Shown: positions 21,723-33,161, counted from the stretch's first letter. The stretch: 64,000 nt of DNA from an uncultured Planctomycetaceae bacterium (GCA_963815195.1 CAWFGE010000015.1:1-64000), one strand, 5' to 3'. Notes: generated by a model from the sequence alone, not told the origin. Translations and numbers: made by a program.

Positions 21723-21801
21723 GGCATCTCAACGCAAAGAGGGCGAATACTCAAAGAGGAAGAATGCTGAGGGAGTTTACTTCGGAAAGGCGAGGCAGGA
21801 T

Positions 21802-22740
21802 TCAAACCCGACGCGGCGGGCGGGCGGTTAAATCTTCCCGATTTCCCACATTTACCGCATTGTAGGGCGGGGCACGTTTCAAGGCTAGCCCGTTTTCGCC
21901 CGATCCCGGCGGTGCATCTTCGTTCGCGGCGGCCTGAGCGGGATTTCCCGAAGTCTCGGCGGGGACTCCGGTTTCGTCATTCCCGCACGGCCGATTATCG
22001 GAAGTCTCGGCCAAGGGCGGCAGCACCCAGATCTCGCGATAGTCCCGTGGCTGCTCCGCACGAAACCCGTGATGACGCAACAGTTCCAAAATCGCCAGGA
22101 ACACCCCCACAATCCGGCTTCGCTCGTTTTCGCCCTCGAACAGCGAACTGAACGCCACCCGCTTTTCCTTTCGCACCTGAGCCCCGATGCGGTCCACATA
22201 CACCGAGATCGGGGTGTCGTCGTAGCGGATGTTGGAATGCGGTTCCGGGGTGTTCGTGCGGAGGATCCGCGACAGGGCGCTCACCAGGTCCCAGAGCTCC
22301 ACGTCCTTGATAAAGTCCGCCGACGGGTCTTTGCCCTGCCGGGGCCGATCGTCGCTCAGCCGGGGATAGCGTTCCTGCCAAAGCGCCGCCTGCTCTTCCA
22401 GAAGTTTCGAGGCATCCTTGTATTTCTTGTATTCGAGGAGTTGCTCGATCAACTCGCCGCGGGGGTCGCCTTCGATTTCGACGGTTTGCTCTTCGTCCTC
22501 CGGCTGCGGCAGAATCTGCCGGCTTTTGATCTCGACCAGGGCGCTTGCCATCACCACGAAATCGCCGACGATGTCCAGGTCAATGAGTTCCAGCACCTCC
22601 AGAAACTCGATGAACTGGGCCGTGATTTTGGCGATGGGCAGGTCGAAAACGTCCAACTCCTGCCGTTCGACCAGATACAACAGCAGGTCGAGCGGCCCCT
22701 GGAAGATGTCGAGTTCCACGCGATAACTTGGCGAAGACAT
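21802..22740 (-). CDS. scpA: Segregation and condensation protein A (kleisin)
   Basis: FQGPLDLLLYL, FVVMASALVEIKSR.ILP, DPRGELIEQLLEYKKYK, FLAILEL. Confidence 0.93.
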   Translation of the reverse strand: MSSPSYRVELDIFQGPLDLLLYLVERQELDVFDLPIAKITAQFIEFLEVLELIDLDIVGDFVVMASALVEIKSRQILPQPEDEEQTVEIEGDPRGELIEQLLEYKKYKDASKLLEEQAALWQERYPRLSDDRPRQGKDPSADFIKDVELWDLVSALSRILRTNTPEPHSNIRYDDTPISVYVDRIGAQVRKEKRVAFSSLFEGENERSRIVGVFLAILELLRHHGFRAEQPRDYREIWVLPPLAETSDNRPCGNDETGVPAETSGNPAQAAANEDAPPGSGENGLALKRAPPYNAVNVGNREDLTARPPRRV

Positions 22741-22858
22741 GAACGGCTGTCGCGGCGAGAAAGAGAACGCACCCAATCGGAGTATCTGAATAAACCGGAT
22801 CCGCCGCGCTCGTCAATCCCATTCTGTTTTCAATCCGGCCCACGGACCGGCGAGCCGT

Positions 22859-25800
22859 CTATTTCCTGCGTCCGAACGGCGAGCGAATCTGGCGGTCGGC
22901 GGGGAGGGCGGGCATGCCGTTGCCCAGGATGCCCAGAAAGCGTTTGACGGAATCTTCCAGCACGGGCAGCGGCTTGGCTTTGACGTCGGGGTTGCCGGTT
23001 TTGCCCCGGACCTCGACGCGGATCCAGTCTTTCGTCGCCTGATCCAGGACGGGGTTGATCAGATTCACGACGGGCCAGGGCAAGCGGGCCCGCGGCAGCT
23101 CGGAATAGAAATCGAGAAGCAGCCGCCCGTCAAAGCCGGCGGTGCCCCGTCCTTGCAGGCGAAGCGATTCCCCCGTGAGGTCGATGGTGTTGAACACGAA
23201 CTGGTTGTTCGCCAGATCGAAATCCACGAACGCAAACTGAAACGCCGCCCGCTCGGGGCCGGCGAGCGTCAGCACTTGAAACACCCTCACCAGAATCGGC
23301 AGTTCATAAAGTGCGGCCGGGCTGATGCGGAGTTGGCCGGTGCCGGTCATGCGTTGGGTGTCCATGCCGCGGCCCGTGAGATCCAGCCAGCCGTTCATCA
23401 CGCCGCTCACGTTGCGCGTGCCCGGGAGATACCTTCGGGCATATTCCTCCAGCCGCCCATCGATCAGCATCAGCCGCGAGCGATAGCGCACCTCCTTTTC
23501 CAGGAAGATGTTCGCATCGTAAGTCAACGTGCCGTCGATCGCCTGAGCGGTCAATCGTTCCTTCAAAGGCACCGCCGGATTTTTGTTTTCGGGATCGAGC
23601 ACCTTGGCCGAACCGATCGTCACCTGGTTCCCTTGGATGCGGTAGGGGCCTTGGACTTTCGTCAGTTGGTAATCCAAAACCTCGACCGATTCCAATTCGA
23701 TGAGGCCGGCGTTGTCGGCGGATTTTCCGTCCCAGGTCCCGCGCGCGCTGAGTTGCCCGTGCAGGTTCTTGAGCGAGATCCCGGTGTTGAGCTCGGTTGC
23801 CGGTGAACACGAAATTCAGATTCCACGCCGCGACCAAGGGGTCGGATTCCCGGTCGCTGCCGGACAGCCGGAGCCCGCCCGAAAGCGAGAACGGCTGTTG
23901 CGGATCGAGTTCTTCGACGACGGTTCTGAGTCCGCTGGGAAGCGCCTGGCGAAACTGGCGGTCGGGGCTGAGGTCGTCCACGTAGAGATCCAAAAGGTCG
24001 AGCTGCCAGCGGCCTTGGGCGGGGAGACGCGCGCTCCCGCGGCCCCGGAAGCGAGTGTCGTCGTGTTTGGCGGAGAACGATTGAATCTCGCATTGCTCGC
24101 CGCCGAAGGACACATCCGCCCGCACGTCGGAAAGGGCGTAGGGAAACGGTTTGAGCTTCAAGCGGGCTTCGTAAATCACCGCCGACGGCAGGCTCCACTC
24201 GAAGCCCATGTTGGGGACCCAGCGAATTTTGGAGACGGCGTCGAACTTGCCGTCCGGCGAGAAGCCGGCCCAGACGGTTTTCGCATCCTGGGGCAACGCC
24301 CGGTAGAGGCTCTCGTCAAACGTGGCCCCGTGGGTGGCGATGGTCATCTTCAACTCGCCGGGGGCGACGGCCTGGGAAAAATGCCCGACGCCCGTAAGCA
24401 CCGCCGTGCCGTGCTCGCCGCGGAGTTTATCAAAGGCCCATAACTCTTCCTGGGAGTTGTAGATCACCTCGCCGCTCAAGTTGGTGAGGCGATAGGGGAA
24501 CGCTTCGAGCAGGATTTCGCAATTCGTCAGCCGCATGCCGAGCCGGGTGATGAACTCCTGCCCGAAACCCGGAGGCCGATACAGCGTGAGCGAGGCGTCC
24601 GCCCAACCCGTGAGGTTGATCTGCCGAAGCACATCCTGGACCTCCGGCTTGCATGCCTGCCGGAAGCGGTCGTCCAGCGGAAGCTGCAGCACGTTGATGA
24701 CGAACCAGGTTTCCGCGGCGGGTCCGGGCTGCCGGATTTCACCGCGGATTTCCACCGCCCGGCCGCCCGCTTGACCGGCGAGGTTGACCACGAAATCGTC
24801 GCCTTGCTGCTGCATCGTGCCCGTGATGTCGGTCACCGGGTACGGGAATTTTTGATTGGTGACCCCGCAGCCTTTCGCAGTGAGCAACACGTTCCTCGTC
24901 TTCCATTCGGAACCGGCTTCGCGGTGAAACGTCAGCGTGAGATCCGCCGGCCCGGAAGGTTGGACCGTGTCGTATTGCTCCCGCAACGATTCGGGCATGC
25001 GGCTGCGGAGCCGGCGGTCGAACAACAGGTTTGCGAGTTCGATGCCGATCTGTCCGGTGCAATGCGGCTCGCCGCGATCCAGCGTCCCCTTGAGCGCCAA
25101 CCGCGTGATGCCGTTCTGAGCGGTGAGGTTCTTGAACTCGACGTGCCGGTTGTCCCAATAGACCTGCCCGGCCAATCCGCGCAAAGGGAAAGGCAAGACG
25201 GGATGGGAGAGCGTGCCCTGCTTCACATCGATCAATGTGCGGAAGTCCCATTCCTCAAGCGGCCCCGACTGGGCGACGTGAAACTTCAAATCGAGCGTGG
25301 CGTCGATTCCAAAATCCGGCAGGGCGAGGGAATCGGCCGGCGAACGATCGGGGGGGGTGGTCAGCGGAAGGCGGGCCTCGGGCAATGCCGCCACGCGGGT
25401 GTCGGACGGTTCGGAAAGGGCGACGCGGGTTTGCTCGAGTTGCTCGCCCATCTCGGCAAGCTTGCGGCGAAACTCCGGCGAGGTTCCCGCCGCCAACTGC
25501 AACAGCTCGCCGCTGCGCTTAACGTCCAAAAGCTGCCCGTTCACTGACCACTTGTGGGCATCGACATTCCAGTCCCCGCGGAACGCCATGTCGCCGGTGT
25601 TGTTGAAATCCGCCTTGCCGACGAACGTAAACTGCCGTTTTCCCGAAGGGATCAATTGCAAATCGGTGTGGGCGAGCATGATTTCCGTCGCGGGCGAATT
25701 TTCGGGCTGTTCGTAGCGGACCTTGACCGTCCCCTGCTCGACGGTCCATTCGGGCAGACTTCGCTCCGAGGGTTTGATCGTCAACAAGGCGTGCCAGTTC

Positions 25801-26186
25801 CAGGCCCCGGCTTGATCGCGGACCAATTCGACCAGCGGATTGATGATGTGGACCGATTCGATCTCGACGGCCTGCTCGTGTTGAAACTTCTCGCGGTCAA
25901 TCGCAATCACGACTTCGGGAAGCGTGACGATGGTGTTTTTCTGCCCCCGCGCTTTGAGTTTGACATCGTACACGTGGATCCGGCGGTGCCAATCGAAATG
26001 GGCCCGGCCAATTTGCATGTCCCAGTCCGGGGCAAGCTCTTTCCGCTTTTCGTGGAGGATTTTTAGCAGGTATTCGTCGCAGTGCGTCCACATCCAATAA
26101 CCGTAGCCGCCCCCGGCGATGCCCGCCGCCAGCAGGATGCCGCTGAACCATTTCAGCGATTTCCAAAGCATTTCACGCCGCAGCAT
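22859..26186 (-). CDS. AsmA-like large envelope protein; frameshift near 23790
   Basis: N-terminal TM anchor, long beta-rich body with repeated FPY.(L/V)...G units, AsmA-like C-terminus in ORF 22859..23695. Confidence 0.75.
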
Positions 26187-27442
26187 CGCTCGGCCCCTGT
26201 TTGGCGGGATGGGCGAACCGGTGCCAAATCGCAATCCAACCGGCGGCCGCCAGGACCGCCAGCGGATATTCCGCGGGCAGTCGGTATCGGAGCGACGACA
26301 CGAATATCGCATGGAGCGCGCGAAAAAAACAGCACCGGCCCCAACGTCAACGCCAAGATCATCCCCCGCCGACGATTGAGCCAGAGCCCAAAACCCGCAC
26401 CGGCGAAGAGGACCAGCGAGAATAGGGCGATCACTGTTTTTGCCGCCCAGTGCCCGGCTTCCTCGGCACTCGGCCAGGGCTTCCAAAACCGCCAGAGCTT
26501 GATGAAGCCCAACTCGACAACCCGCCCGGGATGCAGGCGGGCATAATCCATCCCCGCCTGCCAATAGTAGTGGTTGACTTCGTATTCGGTCTTTGTTCTC
26601 AACAAGTCATCCCGCTCCAGAAACTCCATATTGCTCGCCCCCGTCGCATCTGGATTGAGGCCATCGTACAGGCTGGGCCCCGACCATAGCGTGGTCGCCA
26701 CCCAATGCCCGGTCACGCGATGATTCCGCAGCGTCCAAGGCAGCATCAAAAGGACAACGGTCGCCAACAGCAACGCGCTTCCCACAAAAACATCCCGGCG
26801 AAACCGGCCGAAGAACAATAACCCCACGGGAAAAACCACCGCCATCGGCAGCCAACTCGGCCGCATGAACGTCGCAAACGCAATGAATCCGCCCGCCGCG
26901 ATCGCCCAGCCAGCGATCCGACGAAGAGATTCTTCCGCAGCCGCCGTCTTCAGCAAGCGGGCCAGGCTCCACACGCTTCCCACGAGGCCCAACGCAAACG
27001 CGGTTTCGCTGAGGATCATCACGCTGAAACCGAGCATCGCGGGAGAGATGGCCGTGAACCAGCCGGCCCACAGTCCCGTCCGCTCATCGAACAAATCCCG
27101 CCCCAAGAGATATGTCAAACCGCAGGCGATCGCGCCCAAAGCGGCAAGGAACAGCCGGGCCGCCAGAAAGCTGCCGTGCGACATCCAGATCGGCACCGCC
27201 AGGAGAAGCGGAAAGCCCGGCATCCGCAGCACCCGGCGGGGCGGCTCGTAGATGGAATACGGTTCGCCCGCGACGATTGTTTTTGCCAGCCGCCAATAGC
27301 CGTCGGCATCGCCTTCGATGACGAATGTCCGATGCCAGTGATGGTCGAGCAATCCTTGCACGACGAACGCCGTCCCCGCTCGCAATACAAACGCTGCTGC
27401 GAGCAAACAAACCACAGGTTTTGAGGCAAAAAAAGTCCACAT
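26173..27442 (-). CDS. GT-C fold glycosyltransferase (ArnT/PMT-2, family 39-like); frameshift near 26320
   Basis: GDADGYW.LA, RMPGFPL, ILSE, RPS, PW.LRN. The alternate frame ends ...SLRYRLPAEYPL...*. Confidence 0.8.
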
Positions 27443-27631
27443 GGATCGGTGCATCCAAGCGAAGCCGGGCATGGTACGCGGACCCGAAACATCGGGTCAA
27501 GAGCGATTCCCAACCGCCGGCGTGTTTCCCAAGCTGCGCAGTTTCTGTATCCTTAATTCTTGCAGGCCGGCACGCGGATCGCCATCCGAGCGTCGCGGCT
27601 GGGGCGATAGATCGGCAATGTTCTTCTAAAC

Positions 27632-27764
27632 TCAGTCGTTCCAAACGGCTCGGAAAAGGAATTGGTTCCCCAAGAGCCGCGCACGAAGTAAGCGGTTTTT
27701 CTAGTCGACAGATCGCAAGACCGCTTACTTCGTGCGCGGCTCTGGGGTTTTTTGGAACGACTGA
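27632..27764. mobile_element. Nested inverted-repeat element (family B)
   Basis: 14-bp outer IR TCAGTCGTTCCAAA (27632-27645 / 27751-27764) around a perfect 22-bp inner IR GAGCCGCGCACGAAGTAAGCGG (27674-27695 / 27721-27742). Confidence 0.75.
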
Positions 27765-27795
27765 AATTGAAAAACCGAGAACCAGGCGAGACAAC

Positions 27796-28269
27796 ATGAC
27801 CAAAGCGAACTGGACGACCCAGCCTTACAATGTGATTCAAAGTTTGCTGTTCAACAATCCGCACCGGGTGATTGAATACCGCGTCAAGAATGACGAGGGC
27901 GGTTGGCGAAACCGCGCGGAGGAACCGGCTCCCGTCCGCCGATTGTATGAGACCGAAGCCCCGCCGGAACGCACGTGTTTAAAGACGATCCAATTCGTGC
28001 ATCACATGCTGATCCCGCCCGGCGGCCGGCACGTCGCGGAACTTCACATTCATCCCGACGCCGAGGAGATCGTGGTCATCACCCGCGGCAGCGGCACCGC
28101 GCACGTCGGCAAGGAAACCATTGAGGTCCAAGCCGAGGATGTGGTTTATGTCCCGCCCAATACCGAGCACGAATTCCGCAACACAGGCGGGGATCTGCTG
28201 GGCGTTCTCTTCATCTGCGTCCCCACCGGCGAAGGCCTCACCCAACTGGCCGCCTTGAATCGCGAATGA
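27796..28269 (+). CDS. Cupin domain protein
   Basis: LHIHPDAEE...RGSG and VYVPPNTEH cupin motifs. Confidence 0.85.
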   Translation: MTKANWTTQPYNVIQSLLFNNPHRVIEYRVKNDEGGWRNRAEEPAPVRRLYETEAPPERTCLKTIQFVHHMLIPPGGRHVAELHIHPDAEEIVVITRGSGTAHVGKETIEVQAEDVVYVPPNTEHEFRNTGGDLLGVLFICVPTGEGLTQLAALNRE

Positions 28270-28295
28270 GCCGGAACGCGCTAGCATCCGGTTCT
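28268..28295. repeat. Family-A REP-like half site
   Basis: GAGCCGGAACGCGCTAGCATCCGGTTC is close to the reverse complement of 29726-29752. Confidence 0.6.
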
Positions 28296-28380
28296 CCTCA
28301 GGACAAACGCGGCCGTTGACACGCCGGTTCCTGGCATCATACAAGAAACAAAACCCCTGAGAAGGAAAGGAACAGTCGGC

Positions 28381-28929
28381 ATGTATCCCAATGAAGCGGA
28401 GTCCATTCCCATTGGCATTTTGACCGTCTCGGACCGGGCGAGCCGCGGGGAGTATGCAGACCGCGGAGGGCCGGCGATTCGGGAATATCTTGAGGACGTG
28501 CTGACTTGCACCTGGCATCCGATCGCGAAGATTGTGCCCGACGAGAAGCCCGTCGTCGAAGATGCGCTGGTCCAACTCTGCGATTACGACCATTGCTGTC
28601 TGGTCATCACCACCGGCGGGACGGGGCCGGCGGCGCGCGACATCACGCCCGAAGCCACCCTAGCGGTCTGCGAAAAAATACTGCCCGGCTTCGGCGAATT
28701 GATGCGAAAGGTCTCGCTGGAAAAAGTGCCCACGGCCATCTTGTCCCGGCAGACGGCGGGCATTCGCGGGAAGTCGCTGGTGCTCAATTTGCCCGGGCAG
28801 CCCAAGGCCATCGCCGAGTGTCTGGAGGCCGTGTTCCCGGCGATCCCATATTGCGTGGATTTGATCGAAGGCCCGTACCTTACCACCGACGAGAGCCGCC
28901 TCGCCGCATTCCGCCCCCCAAAGAAATAA
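28381..28929 (+). CDS. mog: Molybdopterin adenylyltransferase
   Basis: TVSDRAS.G.Y.D.GG, TTGGTGPA.RD.TPEAT, PGFGE.MR, AILSRQ.AGIR, NLPGQPK. Confidence 0.95.
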   Translation: MYPNEAESIPIGILTVSDRASRGEYADRGGPAIREYLEDVLTCTWHPIAKIVPDEKPVVEDALVQLCDYDHCCLVITTGGTGPAARDITPEATLAVCEKILPGFGELMRKVSLEKVPTAILSRQTAGIRGKSLVLNLPGQPKAIAECLEAVFPAIPYCVDLIEGPYLTTDESRLAAFRPPKK

Positions 28930-28946
28930 TCAACCGACCCTGGCCG

Positions 28947-29660
28947 ATGCCGCATCCGAATGCCAATGTGATCGACGGTTACTGGGCCGAACGCTTTGGC
29001 TGTGCGCTCGAAGAGTTGCAGAAACCTGGTTGGCATGTGATCTCTAGCCCTGAAGCCGACCCGTCCCGCTTTGCGGTGCTGGAACTCGCCCATGCGACAC
29101 TTGTCCGCTCGGCGGAGGAGCACGCGGATTGGCTCGCGGCGTGGATCGAGTCTCGACCCAACGCCGCCCGCACTGCCGACGACGTCGCAAACGCATTCTC
29201 CCCGCAGGCCTGTGAGATGACTCCCTCCGAGAAGGTTTTCTACTTGAACCCGGCGGAGTTCCGGCCATTCGCCAGGCCGGACGTTCGCCGGTTGTCGGAA
29301 GTTGACAGCCGGGATTTGACCGCGATGCACCGCGGCTGCTCGCTCGAAGAACAGAAAGCCGGCGAGGTCTCGATCGACCACCTGGCGATTTTTGGGGCCT
29401 ATGCCGAGGGCCGGATCGTGGCGGCCGCGAGTTTCATCGATCAAGGCGCGGGCATTTCGGACGTCGGCGTGCTGGTGCACCGCGATTTTCGCCGGCAAGG
29501 TTACGGGCGGGCCGTGGTCTCGGCCCTGGCGGCATGGGGCTTGGAGCAGGGACGGATCGTGCAATACTGGAGGCTCTGCAAAAACACCGGCTCCGCCCGC
29601 ATTGCGGACTCCCTGGGCTTCGCCGAATACGCCTGCTATCGGCTGCTCCATTTGTGCTAA
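28947..29660 (+). CDS. GNAT family N-acetyltransferase
   Basis: DVGVLVH.DFRRQGYG acetyl-CoA motif and N..S.RIA..LGF. Confidence 0.85.
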   Translation: MPHPNANVIDGYWAERFGCALEELQKPGWHVISSPEADPSRFAVLELAHATLVRSAEEHADWLAAWIESRPNAARTADDVANAFSPQACEMTPSEKVFYLNPAEFRPFARPDVRRLSEVDSRDLTAMHRGCSLEEQKAGEVSIDHLAIFGAYAEGRIVAAASFIDQGAGISDVGVLVHRDFRRQGYGRAVVSALAAWGLEQGRIVQYWRLCKNTGSARIADSLGFAEYACYRLLHLC

Positions 29661-29781
29661 GGATCGCTCGATCAATAATTGTCCCATTTATTAGCCGCAG
29701 GGCGCGAGCCCCGGTTCTTGGGACGAACCGGACGCTAGCGAGTTCCGGCTGATAATTGGACAGTTATTTCTCGAATGGTCC
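29661..29781. mobile_element. 121-bp MITE-like element with TAA target-site duplication, enclosing a family-A REP hairpin (29690-29753)
   Basis: TAA|GGATCGCTCGATCAATAATTGTCC ... GGACAGTTATTTCTCGAATGGTCC|TAA with an imperfect 24-bp TIR. The left TAA is the stop codon of the GNAT gene. Confidence 0.78.
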
Positions 29782-29816
29782 TAACCCATCGGCTCATCCG
29801 CCCCTGCTTAGTCGGT

Positions 29817-30984
29817 TCAGGGAGCCGAGGTGGCGTGGAAGCCGGGCAGAGGTTGCAGCGTGATTTGGACCTCTTTGATCTCGCCGTTCCGCACAATCCG
29901 AACCGTCACCTCATCGCCGACATGGAAATCTTGCAACGCCCGGAACAGATCGTTGGTGCTTTGGATGTCCTCGTCGTCGATGCCGATAATCAAATCGCCC
30001 AAGCCCTGGTTGTTCGTCACTTGCAGGCCGGCTTTGGCGGCGGCTCCGCCTTTGACCAACTCGCGGATCAACACGCCTCGCCGGTCGATGATGCCTTGCG
30101 AGCGGAGTTGATGCGTGATCTGGTCGCCCCAGATCACGATGCCCAGGCCGGGCCGTTCGATGTGGCCGTTGCGGATCAGTTGGGGGACGATTTCATTCAC
30201 CGTATCGACAGGCACGGCGAAACCGATCCCGGCATAGGCGCCGAAGAGCTTAAGATCGCGGTGTTCATTCCGATGAGGCGGGCGGCGGTGTCCAGGAGCG
30301 GTCCGCCGGAGTTGCCCGGGTTGATGGCGGCATCGGTCTGGATCACGTCAAAGATCGTTTTTTTGGTGACCGATTGAATTTCGCGTCCCAGTCCGCTGAT
30401 GACGCCCGTGGTCAACGTTTGATCCAAACCGAACGGGTTTCCGATGGCGAAGACTTTTTGCCCGACCTGGAGATTGTCGGACTCTCCCACGGGAATCGGT
30501 TCGAGGCGATCGGAGGGGGCGTCGATTTTGATCACGGCGACGTCCTTGTCGGGGTCGCCGCCGACGAGCCGGGCGTCCCAGACCGAGTTGTCGTAGAGCG
30601 TGACGCGGGCGGATTCCGCATTTTGGATGACGTGGAAATTGGTCACGATGTGCCCGTCCTTGTCCCAGACAAATCCGCTCCCCGTGCCCTGCTCTTCGCT
30701 GGGCATCTGAAATGCGCCGTTATTCTTGACCAGATAGCTCGTCACGTGCACCACGCATTTGTGGACCGATTGATACAACTTGATTTGCGCTTTTTCATCC
30801 CCCCAGAGTTCCCGCGCGGGGTCACCGGACGGGACTCGGCGTTCGGATTGTGCAGGGGGGAATGATTGGAAAGCCGATAGGTTTGCCAGGCCAACAGCCC
30901 CACGACGAACAGCAAGGCCAACAGCAACCACCAGTTTGTGGAGGTCGAACCGCGGCGTTTGGGATAATTCGGCCGGTGTTCCAT
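29817..30984 (-). CDS. HtrA/DegP-family serine protease with one PDZ domain; frameshifts near 30805 and 30245
   Basis: N-terminal [38 protein letters not shown]-like C-terminus (AAKAGL..GDLI). Confidence 0.9.
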
Positions 30985-31176
30985 CGTTTCACTCCTGACT
31001 TCTGTCTTTCAATATTCGTCGTCACCGAGGATGATGATCGTCGGCAAACCATTGTTGGCATTGGTCAATCAAACAGCGGGTTCATGGCGCAACGGTTCCG
31101 ATTCAAACCGCAAATGCCGGGCCGCCTGTGTCCCCGGATTTGCAAATCGTGCCCTCGCATTGGAAAGTCCGAGCGC

Positions 31177-31974
31177 TCAGGAAACGAGGCTGCGGACTTT
31201 GTTGTGGAGATCCTCGACAGCCGCGCGAAACCGGCCCTCCAGCGATTCGGGAAGTTCGTCCAACTTCTCCAGCACCTCCGGCGCGAGGGCTTTGTTGATT
31301 CGTTCCAAAGTCGTCGTGATTCGCTTGATAAGTTGTTCGGTCTCGCGGCCGTCGGACGATTCACTCGCGGCTTTCGCGGGCGATTCGGATTCCGGTGCCG
31401 CCCCGGCATTGCTCCGATACGGGGCGTAGGCCACTTCGCTGGCCTCTCTCTCGGTTCGCCCCTCGCCGCCGCGGGAACGATCCCTGGCATCACCGGTCGA
31501 ATCGTCCACGTCCCGCACGGGGACCGGCGTGGTGGGCACAAAACTGACCGTCGGGTCGGCTCCCCAGGGGTCGGGCGGAGAATCATCCGCGGCCTCGCCG
31601 CCGTGGAACGCCCGCCGCCACATTTTGAGTTCCGCAATCGTCGCCTGGTTCTCCTCGGCCCACTGCAGACATTCGGGGGCATCGTCCCAATTCAGGCCGA
31701 TGTAAAAATGCGACCATTTGAGCGAAGGATAATCCCCACGCACATCGCCAAAGGTCTCCCACACCCGCCGGCGCTGGTAGATCTGATCGCCGCTGAGTCC
31801 CACGAGCTGGCCGAAGTCCGCATCGGTCCGGCCCTTGGCGTAACGCGTCGTCCACTGGGCGGCGCATTCGCCGACAACCCAATTGCACTGGCTGACCGCG
31901 GACTGCGCGCGGAAAATCAATTCGGGTTCGGTTTCCAAGGATTCCTCGGATTGGCTCTGTTGTGTTTCTGACAT
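31177..31974 (-). CDS. Hypothetical protein, possible LmbU-like HTH DNA-binding protein
   Basis: Helical N-terminal domain NWVVGE..DFGQLVGLSGDQIYQRRRV..F..LKWSHF..LQWAEE, then an acidic linker and a coiled C-terminus. Confidence 0.6.
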   Translation of the reverse strand: MSETQQSQSEESLETEPELIFRAQSAVSQCNWVVGECAAQWTTRYAKGRTDADFGQLVGLSGDQIYQRRRVWETFGDVRGDYPSLKWSHFYIGLNWDDAPECLQWAEENQATIAELKMWRRAFHGGEAADDSPPDPWGADPTVSFVPTTPVPVRDVDDSTGDARDRSRGGEGRTEREASEVAYAPYRSNAGAAPESESPAKAASESSDGRETEQLIKRITTTLERINKALAPEVLEKLDELPESLEGRFRAAVEDLHNKVRSLVS

Positions 31975-32650
31975 AGTGACCCATAACTCAAACTGCTGGA
32001 ATATCAATCAATCGGTTGCTAAGGGAATCCTACACGGTTACCGCGCGGTAGGCTATCGTTGATTTCCTAAAACCCGAGTGGCAGGAAAGACCCGAGTCTC
32101 GCTCCTCCCGGAATTGTCACAGTTCCGCTGATGCCCCGCGTTTTCCCAATCGGCAAACACCGGAGCCAACGGCTTGGAAATCGGATCACAATCCCATGAT
32201 AGCGGATGGGATGTTGGGCGGGTTGGTCGCAATTCCGAGTCGTTGCATCCAGCAGAACCCGAAATCTCCGCCGGGTGATTCAGGAAGTGCAAAATGGAGA
32301 GATCGAGAAACAGGAAACGCAAAGTGAAAATTGCAGATTGCAAAGTGCATAAGACGTGGATAAATCGATGAACTCGTTTGCGACACGGTCACTTTTCAGG
32401 TTCTTCCGGATAATCAGGGGGAACTACGACGGTGTGAAAGAATCTCTTGTCCGCGCTCTTTCATCTCCCCAAAGGGCCCAAAGGGAACAGCCGCTGTTCA
32501 TTTTGCATTTTTCACAAAACACCTGTCGGGATCTTTGCAAAGTTTTCCATTACCGGGTGGGCAAAGCGATGAGCGTTGCCGGAATCCAGCCAAGGACAAT
32601 GGTTGCCGCGGCGATTCGATGAGGGATATTCTTTCAACAAGGACACCGAC

Positions 32651-33079
32651 ATGAAAAAGACTGCATTGTTTGTCGCCTGTGCCGGCTTGATGATTGGCGG
32701 AATCGCTTTGGCCGCCCCCCAACCCGCAACGGCGGGGGTCAACGTTTCCTTCGGAGGGCGCGGCTACCTCGGGGCGGGGTATTCCGGCTACGGATATGGG
32801 AACCCCGGCTACGGATATGGCAATCCAGGCTATGGATACGGCAATCCCGGTTACGGCTATGGAACTCCTGGCATCGGCTACGGCAGCCCCGGCTTGGGAT
32901 ACGGCGTGAACCAGGGCTTCAACAATTATGGCGGCGGCTTTGGCTACGGCAATAACTGCTATGGCGGTTTCGGCGGAGGCCATTACGATTATCATGGGCC
33001 CTCGCTCGTGCCGCACGGGAATCACCTCGACGCGATCCCCGGCCATTACGACTACCACTACGGCGGGCATCACCACTAA
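32651..33079 (+). CDS. Secreted Gly/Tyr-rich repeat protein with a His-rich C-terminus
   Basis: AAGGA RBS, Sec signal peptide, (GYGYGNP)n repeats, GHYDYH twice, ends GGHHH. Confidence 0.8.
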   Translation: MKKTALFVACAGLMIGGIALAAPQPATAGVNVSFGGRGYLGAGYSGYGYGNPGYGYGNPGYGYGNPGYGYGTPGIGYGSPGLGYGVNQGFNNYGGGFGYGNNCYGGFGGGHYDYHGPSLVPHGNHLDAIPGHYDYHYGGHHH

Positions 33080-33094
33080 GTCAAAGCCGATCAC

Positions 33095-33135
33095 CGCCAA
33101 CCCGCCTCGTCGCGAAAGCGCGCGGCGGGTTGGCG
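33095..33135. terminator. GC-rich hairpin between convergent genes (possible bidirectional terminator)
   Basis: 12-bp stem CGCCAACCCGCC / GGCGGGTTGGCG; no strong U-tract. Confidence 0.5.
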
Positions 33136-33161
33136 CTTCCGGTCGAAGCAAAATTGCCGGG

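Noticed and set aside
31975..32650. ncRNA or tRNA in the long intergenic region
   Set aside because: No cloverleaf or recognisable RNA motif was seen, only weak TGCAAA-type short repeats near 32288-32350. An Rfam/Infernal scan would be needed to exclude one.
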